A DNA stretch of 64,000 nucleotides from Bacilli bacterium. Its GTDB lineage: Bacteria > Bacillota_I > Bacilli_A > RF39 > UBA660. How positions within the stretch are numbered: the stretch's first letter is position 1; every line of letters starts with the position of its first letter. Where the stretch lies: positions 9,764 to 73,763 of the forward strand of contig JAQWAY010000001.1 of NCBI GenBank assembly GCA_028707455.1, read 5' to 3'. This document shows, one piece after another, positions 10,347 to 19,818 of the stretch. Both the position numbers and the translations under genes were made by a program. Under the pieces are notes generated by a model. The model was given only the letters and a program-made list of their open reading frames with translations. It ran no database searches and was not told where the DNA came from.

Positions 10347-10764
10347 TCATATCGTTTCTTAATTGATACTTTTCAAGGTCCTTGAAGCTACTTTTTAAAT
10401 ATGCATCAACCATATCCTTGGCTTTATATAAAGGCATTTTACTACTAAAAGAGATCATATTAGCATTATTGTGTACCTTACACATTCTAGCATCATAGCT
10501 ACTATCTACTTTAGCGCATCTAACACCTTTGACTTTATTAGCCGCTATTGACATTCCAATACCTGTTCCACAAATAAGAATTCCACAATCTAATTCTCCA
10601 TCACGAACTGCTCGACCGACTGCAAATGCATATAATGGATGATCAACTGAATCTTCAGTATTAGTACCATAGTTCATAACCTCATACTTTTTACTTGCTA
10701 AATAATTAATTATTTGCTTTTTTAGTTTAACTCCTCGATGATCACTCGCTATTCCAATTTTCAT
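10327..10764 (-). CDS. rpiB: Ribose-5-phosphate isomerase B / sugar-phosphate isomerase (RpiB/LacA/LacB family)
   Basis: The sequence MKIGIASDHRGVKLK...CGTGIGMSIAANK is the RpiB signature. The start was set to the ATG at 10762-10764, which has an AGGTG RBS 6 nt upstream; the ORF track begins at the upstream GTG. Confidence 0.8.
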   Translation of the reverse strand: MKIGIASDHRGVKLKKQIINYLASKKYEVMNYGTNTEDSVDHPLYAFAVGRAVRDGELDCGILICGTGIGMSIAANKVKGVRCAKVDSSYDARMCKVHNNANMISFSSKMPLYKAKDMVDAYLKSSFKDLEKYQLRNDMIDNYRD

Positions 10765-10773
10765 AACAAACAC

Positions 10774-11985
10774 CTACCATTCTAAATTCTTATATTTTTT
10801 ATGATAATTGATATCCCTTAAAAGTAAATATACTTTTCTTTTAAAACATTTATCGCCTTTATAATGTAGTGGGCGACAAAATTTTCCTTCTTTAATTAAT
10901 CGATTAATCTCTGCTTTTAACTTAGGATTAGTTACATATTTTCTAATAACTCCCTTTGGTACGAAACTAAGAACCATTTTATCCTTCATCAAAACAGGAT
11001 CTTTCTTTTTATTATAAATTAAGTCATCAACTAAATACTTGATTAAATTATGACCACAAGCTGCTAAATAATAACTACTTCGTGCTTGTCTTGGATTAAT
11101 TTCAAATACTTTATACTTACCATCACGGTAATCATATTTTAAATCAAATTCAGCAAAGCCTTGATAACCTATTTTCTCCATAAATTTTTTTAAATTATAA
11201 ATAACTTCTTCTTTATATCCGTTTTCATCGTAACCATTAACTAAAACAGTACAATTTCCTACTCCTGTATGAGTACGTTCTTGTAATCCAATTTGAGCAA
11301 AAGTCATAAGCTGAACTTCTGAATTTTTACTACAATAGAAAATAGAATCAAATAAGGCTGAATCATCACCTGGAATAAACTCTTGAATAATTAAAGTATC
11401 TTCATAACCTGATGCTTCTATTTGTTTAATTACTTCATATAGTTCTTCCTCAGATTTGATTTTATATACCTTACTCATACCTTCAAATTCATGCTTATAA
11501 TATTCTACTCCATTACTTGCTTTTAAAACAAGTGGGTAAGTAAATTCTTCTTTGATTTCATTCTTTTCTTTGCATGAATAAATATATGTCTTAGGCATAT
11601 CTAGTCCACTATCTTTAAATGCTTCATAAAAATTATCTTTAAGTAAAACATTATTAATTATATCTAATCTTGGATAATTAAATAAAAAGTATTTTTTCAA
11701 TAATTCCTCATTTTCCACAATTAATCTAACATAGGCATCATTTGTAGCCACTAAAATAATTTTTTTATCTTTATGTTCCTCTCCGTATTTTTCTAGAACA
11801 TCGATAAATACTTTAGTATCGCCTAAATTTGGAACAATCTTTACATTAATAAAACTACTTAAACTAGTAAAAGACATGGCTTGTTTACCTATCATATCAA
11901 CCTTTTTATGATATAGTTCATGGTAACATCTAGCCATATAATAAGCATTTATATCTGTCCCAATAAATAAAACATCAAAATCCAT
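10774..11985 (-). CDS. ATP-grasp domain carboxylate-amine ligase (function unknown)
   Basis: It has ATP-grasp motifs (LVLKASNGVEY, EINPR). It lies between alr and rpiB with spacings of 7 bp and -3 bp. Confidence 0.55.
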   Translation of the reverse strand: MDFDVLFIGTDINAYYMARCYHELYHKKVDMIGKQAMSFTSLSSFINVKIVPNLGDTKVFIDVLEKYGEEHKDKKIILVATNDAYVRLIVENEELLKKYFLFNYPRLDIINNVLLKDNFYEAFKDSGLDMPKTYIYSCKEKNEIKEEFTYPLVLKASNGVEYYKHEFEGMSKVYKIKSEEELYEVIKQIEASGYEDTLIIQEFIPGDDSALFDSIFYCSKNSEVQLMTFAQIGLQERTHTGVGNCTVLVNGYDENGYKEEVIYNLKKFMEKIGYQGFAEFDLKYDYRDGKYKVFEINPRQARSSYYLAACGHNLIKYLVDDLIYNKKKDPVLMKDKMVLSFVPKGVIRKYVTNPKLKAEINRLIKEGKFCRPLHYKGDKCFKRKVYLLLRDINYHKKYKNLEW

Positions 11986-11992
11986 AATTCAC

Positions 11993-13186
11993 CTACTTTT
12001 CATCAATATCAACTAATTTATTGTTTTTAATTAAAACAATAGGTACACTTCGATCAATCATACATATTACTTCCATTGATGTGGTACCTAAATGATGTGC
12101 TACTTCTTTAACACCAATACCTTCACCAATTAAAGTAACACGATCATAAGTTTTAACAGTTTTATCAACCTTAATAGTTATCATACCCATACAAATATCA
12201 CCTATAACTGGATATTTTTTAGTATTAATAATGACATGGCTATGGCGATTACCTCGACGATATCCATCTGCATATCCAACAGGAACTACCGCAAGATACT
12301 CATCTTCCTTAGCTACATATGTTGCTCCATATCCCACTTTAGAACCTGCTTTAATCTTTTTAACTTGAATAATTTCGCTATAGAAATTGAAAGCTGGCTT
12401 TAAATGAATATGGTTTTCAGTATTAGTAGGACTGATATTTAACTTTTTAACGAAGTAATTACGTCTAACCTCTCTTAATTTGCCTTTAAAACCACTACCA
12501 AGCCTTGGAGTTTGATCATACCCATACATAGCTGCTCCAACTCGTACCGCATTACAGAAAGGCAATTTCTCATGATTTAGAAGGTTAACACTTTTTGCCA
12601 TATGAACCATTGGTACCTTCTTAAGATTAACCAAAGAAGTAAGTTCCAAAAAGTTACTAACTTGATTATCCCATTCCTTATCATTAACCCCTGATGTCGC
12701 AAAATGAGAAAATATTCCCTCTAACTCTAAATATTCATGATCCATTAAAGTATTATAAGCATTCTTAATCTCTTCTTTACTTGTAAAGCCTAAACGACTC
12801 ATACCACTATCAATCTTAAGATGAATCTTTAACTTTTTATTAATATCTTGATCTAAAAGTAACTTAAAATACTCATAACTATGAACTGTAACCGTAATAT
12901 TATACTTAATACATTCATAAATAAATTCAATACTAATAGGCTCTAAGCATAAAATAGGTATGTCTTTAACAACCTTTCTTACCTCAATAGCTTCTTCCAA
13001 AGAAGAAACTGCTAAATAATTAATGCCACAATCAACAATATATTTACTAATCTTGTGACTGTGCCCATAACCATTACTCTTAACAACCCCAATATAATAT
13101 TTATATTCAGGGTAAGTTTTAATAATTTCTTTTATATTATCTTCAATATTATTAACATTCACTTCAACATAAGTGTTTCTATACAT
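11993..13186 (-). CDS. alr: Alanine racemase
   Basis: The PLP-lysine motif VVKSNGYGHS matches the alr signature AVVKANAYGHG. It has a C-terminal beta domain and is 397 aa. Confidence 0.8.
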   Translation of the reverse strand: MYRNTYVEVNVNNIEDNIKEIIKTYPEYKYYIGVVKSNGYGHSHKISKYIVDCGINYLAVSSLEEAIEVRKVVKDIPILCLEPISIEFIYECIKYNITVTVHSYEYFKLLLDQDINKKLKIHLKIDSGMSRLGFTSKEEIKNAYNTLMDHEYLELEGIFSHFATSGVNDKEWDNQVSNFLELTSLVNLKKVPMVHMAKSVNLLNHEKLPFCNAVRVGAAMYGYDQTPRLGSGFKGKLREVRRNYFVKKLNISPTNTENHIHLKPAFNFYSEIIQVKKIKAGSKVGYGATYVAKEDEYLAVVPVGYADGYRRGNRHSHVIINTKKYPVIGDICMGMITIKVDKTVKTYDRVTLIGEGIGVKEVAHHLGTTSMEVICMIDRSVPIVLIKNNKLVDIDEK

Positions 13187-13289
13187 GTTTTAACCTCACT
13201 TTATCATAATTAATTATACCATTATTAGAATAAGATGTAAATTAACAAGTACGACAAATATAAACAAAAAAAGATAATTTACATTATCT

Positions 13290-13679
13290 TTAAATTATTT
13301 CTTCACAAATATTGTTATATAATATTCTTAATCTTCTTTTATCTTCTGGTTTTAACTTAACAAACCTTAATCGCAGAGGGTAACCACTATCTAGATACAT
13401 CAAAATATCAGCAGAGCCAAGAAAAAACTTAATCGAACATGACGAAATTGAACAATAAGGAATAATTGTAATTTCTTTTATATTACCCGTTCCTTTTTGA
13501 TCAAATAAAATAATCTTTTTATTAGTAAAGACACCATGGTCACGATAAGTCTTATAAATAGCTAATGCTTTTTCCTTATCGGTTATATAATCCTTAATAT
13601 AATCAGGAACATCTTTAAATTCTATTTCTTTAAAAAAATTGAAATATTGAGTTAATTCTTTATACTTTAAAAACGCCAT
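13290..13679 (-). CDS. Hypothetical protein
   Basis: A 129-aa ORF with no recognisable motif. Confidence 0.3.
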   Translation of the reverse strand: MAFLKYKELTQYFNFFKEIEFKDVPDYIKDYITDKEKALAIYKTYRDHGVFTNKKIILFDQKGTGNIKEITIIPYCSISSCSIKFFLGSADILMYLDSGYPLRLRFVKLKPEDKRRLRILYNNICEEII

Positions 13680-13881
13680 AATACACCTCTATTATTAATA
13701 TAATATCATATAAAAAATAATTATAAAATAAAAAGACAAGCAATTTGACATTACTTGTCATTAAAAATTTGACATCCTTATTACATTTTCTATATTCTTT
13801 TATAAATTATTAGATTTTACCACTTTAATTATTGTTTGTGTTTATTGGCGAAAAAGTAATATTTTTGTAAATTATAACAAA

Positions 13882-13901
13882 AAAGAGCAAATGCTCTTTT
13901 A
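13882..13901. terminator. Perfect hairpin AAAAGAGCAaatGCTCTTTT at the 3-prime end of the giant gene
   Basis: A palindrome flanked by A and T runs overlaps the stop codon. Confidence 0.5.
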
Positions 13902-16900
13902 ATTATTGTTATGTATTATATCACTTGAAATTATACTTGTGTTTCCAGATATATCTTTTGCATATATCCATAATTTCCAATTAAGAATTCCATCTCCTAA
14001 AAGTCTTCTTTCAAAAATTGTGTTGTTTTCGAAAGTTGATGCAAGATTCTTCCACGCCCATTCTTTAGGCGTCCAATAAGGATTTTCTGACCAAATATAT
14101 TTCAATTCAGAAATTGCATCTTTATCTTCAACATTAACTAAAATATCAACATCCGAAAATGGTATTGTTATACAACCTAGCCATCCACATTTTTTATTAC
14201 TACCTCTAGTATATATTGGATCATTTATTTTTATAGTAGGAACAGTTGTATCCACTACACTAACAATTGTATTCTTTCCTAATGATCTAATTTCACCTTT
14301 TTCAGTACTTAGTACATATTGATATTCTAATTTATAATCTCCCTTTTGATCTTTATTAAATCTATTAGGAAGAGGATTTATAAAAAATTTTTCATCTTCA
14401 CTAATTGTAACTGTAGCTTGTGGTGCAATAAAGTCTTCCCCAAGTTCATGTTCAAAATTTTCAGGAGCAGTTACTAATGGTCTAATAAATACTAATCTTT
14501 CCTTTGTAGCTGTATTACCTGCACGATCAGTAGCTTTATATGTAATAGTGTATACACCTGCTACCTTATCATTAATACTACCTTCAGTAGTTACTTCAAT
14601 TTCACCATCAGCATTATCAGTAGCTGTAGCCCCATGTTCTACATATGTAGATTTTCCATAATCATATGTATAAGACCCATCTGATACTTTTAGATTAATA
14701 ACAGGTAATGTATTATCAATATTAAATGAATTAGTTCTATAATATATGATATTACCAACTTTATCTTCTATCATAAACCACAGATAATATATTCCGTTTG
14801 GATTTGAAATAACTTCTTTTATATTTTTGGGATATTTAACAAAATTTGTTGAACCATCTGTATTAATAATGATAGTAAATTCACTATCTTCAGGTTGTTC
14901 TGCAGAAGTAGTCCATACGTATTTAATACCTGCATTTGCGTTTAATCCTTCTTTTGCATTTACAGTTATTCTCGGACGACCACCTTGACCCGAATCCATT
15001 ACAGGATCAACTTTACCATTATTTAATACTTTAGTTATTTTTATTACATCCCTATCAATTTTGTCAATTATAATTTCTTTTTTATTGATATTTCCTGCGA
15101 AATCTTTAACCCAAATATTTACTGTTTGATTTTCAGTATAGGTTGCTGTTGTTTTTGTTCCCCATGTAGTTCCACCATCAAATGAATATGGTGATTCTGC
15201 AAGCATTTCACTATTATCCGTTGCATTGATAGTTAATACTACATCTTTATTTGTTAAGTTTTCTGGATTTCCACTTATTGTTACATCTGGTAATGTATTA
15301 TCAATATTAAATGAATCAGTTCTATAATATAGTTCATTACCATACGCATCTTCTATTTTATACCATAAGTAATATATTCCAGTGATAGGCCTCTTAAAGA
15401 AATTTCCTGATGTGTTAGCATTTACCCAGTTATATTCTTTATTCATATTTACTGATTTTACAAATTCTTCATCCATTGGTTGTTCTGCAGAAGTAGTCCA
15501 TACATATGAAGTTTTATATCCCGCTGTATATGTCTTCACACGAAGCCTGATATCATTATCAGCACCTTTTATTGGTAGTGTACTTCCATTACCAGTATTT
15601 CCACCAATTTTTATTATTTCTATTACATTTCGATCAATTTTATCAATTACAATTTCCTTTTTACTGATATTTCCCACATAATCCTTGACCCAAATATTTA
15701 CCGTTTGATTATCAGCGTAGCTTGCTGTTTTTTCTGTTCCCCATGTAGTTCCACCATCAAATGAATATGGTGATTCTGAAAGCATTCCGCTATTATCTGT
15801 TGCATTGATAGTTAATACTACATCTTTATTTGTTAAATTAGTAGGATTTCCAATTACATTAACCACTGGCGCTTCATTATCTAAATAAAACTCATATTCA
15901 GTTTCATTGCCAGCTTTATCTCTTAATATTAAGGTATTATTACCAGCTTTTCCAAAATATTTATTTGTAGAAACAGCATTGATATCTCCCCAGCTATTAC
16001 TAGATTTATCTAATAATGTACCATTCAAGTCAGCCTCTTTCAAGTTTTCATCAAATAGTTTAAATGATATATTACTGAAATATGGTTCATTACCTATTGA
16101 TTCCTTTTTAACTGTTATAGTTGGTTTTATACTATCAAATATAATATAATCTCTATTTGATACAGTTGTATATTCTTTTCCTTCATTACCAGCAATATCT
16201 TTATATCCACTAACTTTAAATGGTATATTTTCATTTTGTTTTAAATTGCTAGCAACATCTTCAGTTATAGTTAAATAATATGCATAATAAACATTACCAC
16301 TAGTATCCTTTGATACAGTGTACTCTTTAATGGTGACACCAGCTATTGTAACAACCGGGAATGTAGATAATTGTTCAGTATAACTTAGTTTCAAGTATAG
16401 TCTTGTTCCAATAGTTGCGTAATGATCAGTTGCATTGATTCTAAAAATTCTTTGATTTGCATTAGGAGCTGTTTTATCAATTGTGAAAGTTACTGTTGTA
16501 CTATGATTTGCTTTATCTGTTACAGTTATTGTATGTGATCCTTCTTCTGAAACAACTCCTGTTCTAGGGGTTTTTTCATCATAAGTGACACCATCAATAA
16601 TTATATTTCTTACATTTTTTTCAATGATTTCATACTCAATATCAACATTGTATAAACCATTATTTTCTACCCCGTTAATAACTGGAGCAACTTTATCTAT
16701 TCTTTTAACTTCAAAGTTAATAGTATTTGGATTACCTATTAAATCTTTTATATCAACTGAATATTTACCATTTTCAGCAAATACCCTTGTAAATGTTTTA
16801 CTATTTACTCTATTCCATCCTTCAATATCTTGGATTTCTTCATTTGCCGTTAAAGTTACAATTACGTCATTAGGTGTTACAGCATTACCATTATTATTTG

Positions 16901-18992
16901 AGAATGTTTTTTCAGCCAGTGGAGCTGTTTTATCCACTATAAAATTATATGTGTTTAAATTTCCAGCAGCATCACTAAAATCAATGCTTATATCCTTTGT
17001 TCTATAGTAATAATTGTAATATGTATTATTACCCAATGATCTCCATTCACTCTTACTTTTTGTAAAACCTGTAACATCTTCACTAAATTGAATAGTTACC
17101 TTAATTCTACCCTTTTCTTTAGCTTCGTATGTTTGATTAAAATCAATAACTTCAGGACGTTCATTATCAAATACAAATGGTCCAGCATTACTTACTATTC
17201 CGTTATTAGCGTTATCTTGAGCGTACACCCATAAATAATAAGTTCCATTTAAATTAGATGGTGCCACTGCTATTAATGGATCTTCTTCGTTATTTTCTAA
17301 ATGAGTTTGAATACTTATAGACTCAATACCTTCAGAAGCTTCTAACCATTGATATCTTAATTGTTTGATACCACTTAAATCACTTGCACTTAAAGTTACA
17401 TTATGATTTTGGCTTGATTCACCACTTGTACTTCCAAAATTAATTGTTGCTTTTGTCTTATCAATATTAGTTATTTCATATGTTACTTCATCTGAAATAT
17501 TTCCAGCAACATCTTTTACTCTTACGGTTACTGCTTGATTCTTTTTAAATGTTGCAAAATTTTCAGTTTGCCATTCGCCACTATTAAATTGGTATCCTGC
17601 AATACCACCGTGATCTTCAGCATTAACTGTTAAAATTATATCTTTATTAATTGGATTTTCATTGTTTGAAGTTATAGTTATATTTTTGGGTGCTTCATTA
17701 TCTAAATTAAATCCTTTTGTTCTTACTACTTCTTGATTCCCAGCCTTATCAGTAGCGACTACAACTAAATAATAAGTTCCTGTTTCTCCTTTAGGAGTAT
17801 ATAAATCTTTTGTATTTTCAAAGGTCGCAAATGATGAATCATTTATGTCAATATTTTGATTTTTTGTCCATACATATTTAAGTGAATCTGTATTGAAACC
17901 ACTTAAATCATCAGTAACAGTTGCTGCTCTTGCATGAGCTTTACGATAGTGATTTGAATAATTAACATAATTTAATTTAATTATTGGTGCTAATTTATCA
18001 ATATTATCGATAGAACCTTCTGATAAAGCAACAGTTTTTACTATATCATGATTAAAACTAACACATGCTACATAGTTACCATTTTCAGTAGCTACATATG
18101 AATATTCATCAGTTATTTCTTTAGCAACCATTTCTAGAAGACTAAAAATACTCATTGGTTTAGTATCTTCATCTTCTACTTCACAAGTGTTTCCTTGCTT
18201 AAATTCAATATTTTGAATTAAGTCTTTATCATAATTTGAAACATTTAATTTTAATGTAATATCTTTATTAGTCCATTCTGTAGTGCTTGGATCTAATGTT
18301 AAGATTGCATTATTAATTGCTTCTATTTCTTCTTCTAATTTTGTAATATCATTAAGTAAGTTTTGAATTGAATTTACTGATGTTAATTTATTACTAACAT
18401 TAGCTTTATTAAGTTCATCTTCATTACCAATTATTCCTTGTAATTGATTTAATAAATCTTTTAAATTATTATTAAGATTTTCATCCTCTGAATAATTACC
18501 TAAAAGTTTATTACTATTAGTAATTGCATTACTTAACTTTGTATTAATCTTCTTGTCAATACTGTTGATTAGATTAGAAATTGTAGTAGTTTGTGTATTA
18601 ACATTTGCTTGAGTAGTATTTCTAGTATTTAATAAAGTTTTAGCTTTCTTAATTTCTAGTTCAAGCGAATTTAGTAAACTTACTAATTCTTCATCTTCTG
18701 TTTCTATTTTTTCATAGCTGTCGGTGCTATTTACGGCTGTTTGTAAAGTTCCATAGTTGGTAACTACGTTTTGTTGTACTGGTACAACATTTTTTTCTTC
18801 TTCTGTTTTTTTAGTTTCTTCTTGAGGTGCTTTTTCATCATCTTTTTCCTTTTCACCATTGTTATTGTCTTTTTCATGGCTATCTGGATCTTTGACTTCA
18901 TTTAAATCTTCGTTTGGATTAGCAAACGTAAATACAAACAATCCAATTAATACGAACAACACAATAGCGAAAATTCTTTTCCTGTTTATCAT
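13899..18992 (-). CDS. Giant surface protein of 1697 aa: N-terminal signal anchor, coiled-coil region, and more than 10 cadherin-like/Ig-like beta-sandwich repeats
   Basis: An N-terminal hydrophobic anchor (IFAIVLFVLIGLFVFTF) is followed by a K/E/N-rich coiled-coil segment. Repeated modules then carry YYLxVxAxDxAGN and FN(I/L)DN(E/T)(A/L)P junction motifs reminiscent of cadherin DxNDN linkers. There is no LPXTG motif. RBS: GGAGGAAAATTAT then ATG. Confidence 0.6.
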   Translation of the reverse strand: MINRKRIFAIVLFVLIGLFVFTFANPNEDLNEVKDPDSHEKDNNNGEKEKDDEKAPQEETKKTEEEKNVVPVQQNVVTNYGTLQTAVNSTDSYEKIETEDEELVSLLNSLELEIKKAKTLLNTRNTTQANVNTQTTTISNLINSIDKKINTKLSNAITNSNKLLGNYSEDENLNNNLKDLLNQLQGIIGNEDELNKANVSNKLTSVNSIQNLLNDITKLEEEIEAINNAILTLDPSTTEWTNKDITLKLNVSNYDKDLIQNIEFKQGNTCEVEDEDTKPMSIFSLLEMVAKEITDEYSYVATENGNYVACVSFNHDIVKTVALSEGSIDNIDKLAPIIKLNYVNYSNHYRKAHARAATVTDDLSGFNTDSLKYVWTKNQNIDINDSSFATFENTKDLYTPKGETGTYYLVVVATDKAGNQEVVRTKGFNLDNEAPKNITITSNNENPINKDIILTVNAEDHGGIAGYQFNSGEWQTENFATFKKNQAVTVRVKDVAGNISDEVTYEITNIDKTKATINFGSTSGESSQNHNVTLSASDLSGIKQLRYQWLEASEGIESISIQTHLENNEEDPLIAVAPSNLNGTYYLWVYAQDNANNGIVSNAGPFVFDNERPEVIDFNQTYEAKEKGRIKVTIQFSEDVTGFTKSKSEWRSLGNNTYYNYYYRTKDISIDFSDAAGNLNTYNFIVDKTAPLAEKTFSNNNGNAVTPNDVIVTLTANEEIQDIEGWNRVNSKTFTRVFAENGKYSVDIKDLIGNPNTINFEVKRIDKVAPVINGVENNGLYNVDIEYEIIEKNVRNIIIDGVTYDEKTPRTGVVSEEGSHTITVTDKANHSTTVTFTIDKTAPNANQRIFRINATDHYATIGTRLYLKLSYTEQLSTFPVVTIAGVTIKEYTVSKDTSGNVYYAYYLTITEDVASNLKQNENIPFKVSGYKDIAGNEGKEYTTVSNRDYIIFDSIKPTITVKKESIGNEPYFSNISFKLFDENLKEADLNGTLLDKSSNSWGDINAVSTNKYFGKAGNNTLILRDKAGNETEYEFYLDNEAPVVNVIGNPTNLTNKDVVLTINATDNSGMLSESPYSFDGGTTWGTEKTASYADNQTVNIWVKDYVGNISKKEIVIDKIDRNVIEIIKIGGNTGNGSTLPIKGADNDIRLRVKTYTAGYKTSYVWTTSAEQPMDEEFVKSVNMNKEYNWVNANTSGNFFKRPITGIYYLWYKIEDAYGNELYYRTDSFNIDNTLPDVTISGNPENLTNKDVVLTINATDNSEMLAESPYSFDGGTTWGTKTTATYTENQTVNIWVKDFAGNINKKEIIIDKIDRDVIKITKVLNNGKVDPVMDSGQGGRPRITVNAKEGLNANAGIKYVWTTSAEQPEDSEFTIIINTDGSTNFVKYPKNIKEVISNPNGIYYLWFMIEDKVGNIIYYRTNSFNIDNTLPVINLKVSDGSYTYDYGKSTYVEHGATATDNADGEIEVTTEGSINDKVAGVYTITYKATDRAGNTATKERLVFIRPLVTAPENFEHELGEDFIAPQATVTISEDEKFFINPLPNRFNKDQKGDYKLEYQYVLSTEKGEIRSLGKNTIVSVVDTTVPTIKINDPIYTRGSNKKCGWLGCITIPFSDVDILVNVEDKDAISELKYIWSENPYWTPKEWAWKNLASTFENNTIFERRLLGDGILNWKLWIYAKDISGNTSIISSDIIHNNN
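14700..15880. repeat. Tandem near-identical duplication (2 x ~590 bp) inside the giant surface-protein gene
   Basis: DNA at about 14703-15290 is highly similar to about 15289-15880. For example, ggtaatgtattatcaatattaaatgaat at 14703 matches the run at 15289, and a long near-identical run ...ccccatgtagttccaccatcaaatgaatatggtgattctg... occurs in both copies. The protein copies are NLTNKDVVLTINATDNS...YSFDGGTTWGT...NIWVKD. Confidence 0.8.
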
Positions 18993-19022
18993 ATAATTTT
19001 CCTCCCCTAAAAATATATATAA

Positions 19023-19044
19023 AAGTTACAATTAAAATTGTAAC
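19023..19044. promoter_or_regulatory. Perfect 10-bp-arm inverted repeat AGTTACAATTaaAATTGTAACT in the leader of the giant surface-protein gene (candidate operator)
   Basis: It lies about 30 bp upstream of the start codon at 18992, between the likely promoter and the RBS. Confidence 0.45.
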
Positions 19045-19184
19045 TGCACTACCATTATATTTATTTTAAATATAAATTTTCTTAATCTGTTGACATTTAC
19101 TTGATAAAAAAGGCTTATGCATTTAGATAATAACATAAACCCTACTTCAATTCAACTTTTTTAAAGATATATATTTTAAATTCA

Positions 19185-19210
19185 ATCGACACAATTCGAC
19201 ACGATTCGAC
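19185..19210. repeat. Three tandem copies of (A)TTCGACAC immediately downstream of lepB
   Basis: The sequence atcgacacaattcgacacgattcgac shows a direct repeat with an ~10-bp period. Confidence 0.5.
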
Positions 19211-19738
19211 TTACTTAACAAAAGATATTTTTGTTAGTGGCCAGATTTTTAAAAACGGCTTTCCGATGATGTCTTTTCGCTTAATCAAACCAAAAGTTCT
19301 ACTGTCTAAAGAATTATTTCTATTGTCCCCTAAAACTAAATACATATTCTCAGGAATCGTATTATAACCTATTTCTTCAAGAGAAAAATCTTCAGTCATT
19401 AATCCATCAACTATCTTTTCTTCATAAGCTTTATCATTTATATATAAAATGTTATCTTTATATGTTATTGTCTCTCCTGGTAGTCCTATTACCCTTTTTA
19501 CTAAATACTTTGTATCGCCATAATCAAACGCAATAACTTCGTTACGTTCTGGTTCTCTAAATGTATATATAAACTTATTTAAGATTATAATATCACCATT
19601 ATTTAATGTTGGTTGCATAGAAGGTCCTACTACTTGTTGTAATGAAACGACATAAACTACAACAAATATAATACCTATTGCTACTAATATATATTTTATA
19701 ACGTCTTTGAAAAATTCTTTTATTTCTCTTAAATCCAT
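19211..19738 (-). CDS. lepB: Signal peptidase I (S26 family)
   Basis: It has an N-terminal TM segment, the catalytic Ser box GPSMQPTL, and a later Lys box. Confidence 0.85.
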   Translation of the reverse strand: MDLREIKEFFKDVIKYILVAIGIIFVVVYVVSLQQVVGPSMQPTLNNGDIIILNKFIYTFREPERNEVIAFDYGDTKYLVKRVIGLPGETITYKDNILYINDKAYEEKIVDGLMTEDFSLEEIGYNTIPENMYLVLGDNRNNSLDSRTFGLIKRKDIIGKPFLKIWPLTKISFVK

Positions 19739-19818
19739 ATTCTCATCTCCATATTGTAATTATTTTATCATTTATATTCAAAATATTCTAGTGGGCAAAA
19801 GAAAAAGAGAATACTCTC

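Noticed and set aside
18993-19120. A plus-strand TTGACA word at 19090 that might be a promoter
   Set aside because: It is on the wrong strand for the adjacent minus-strand genes. No properly spaced -10 element was found.
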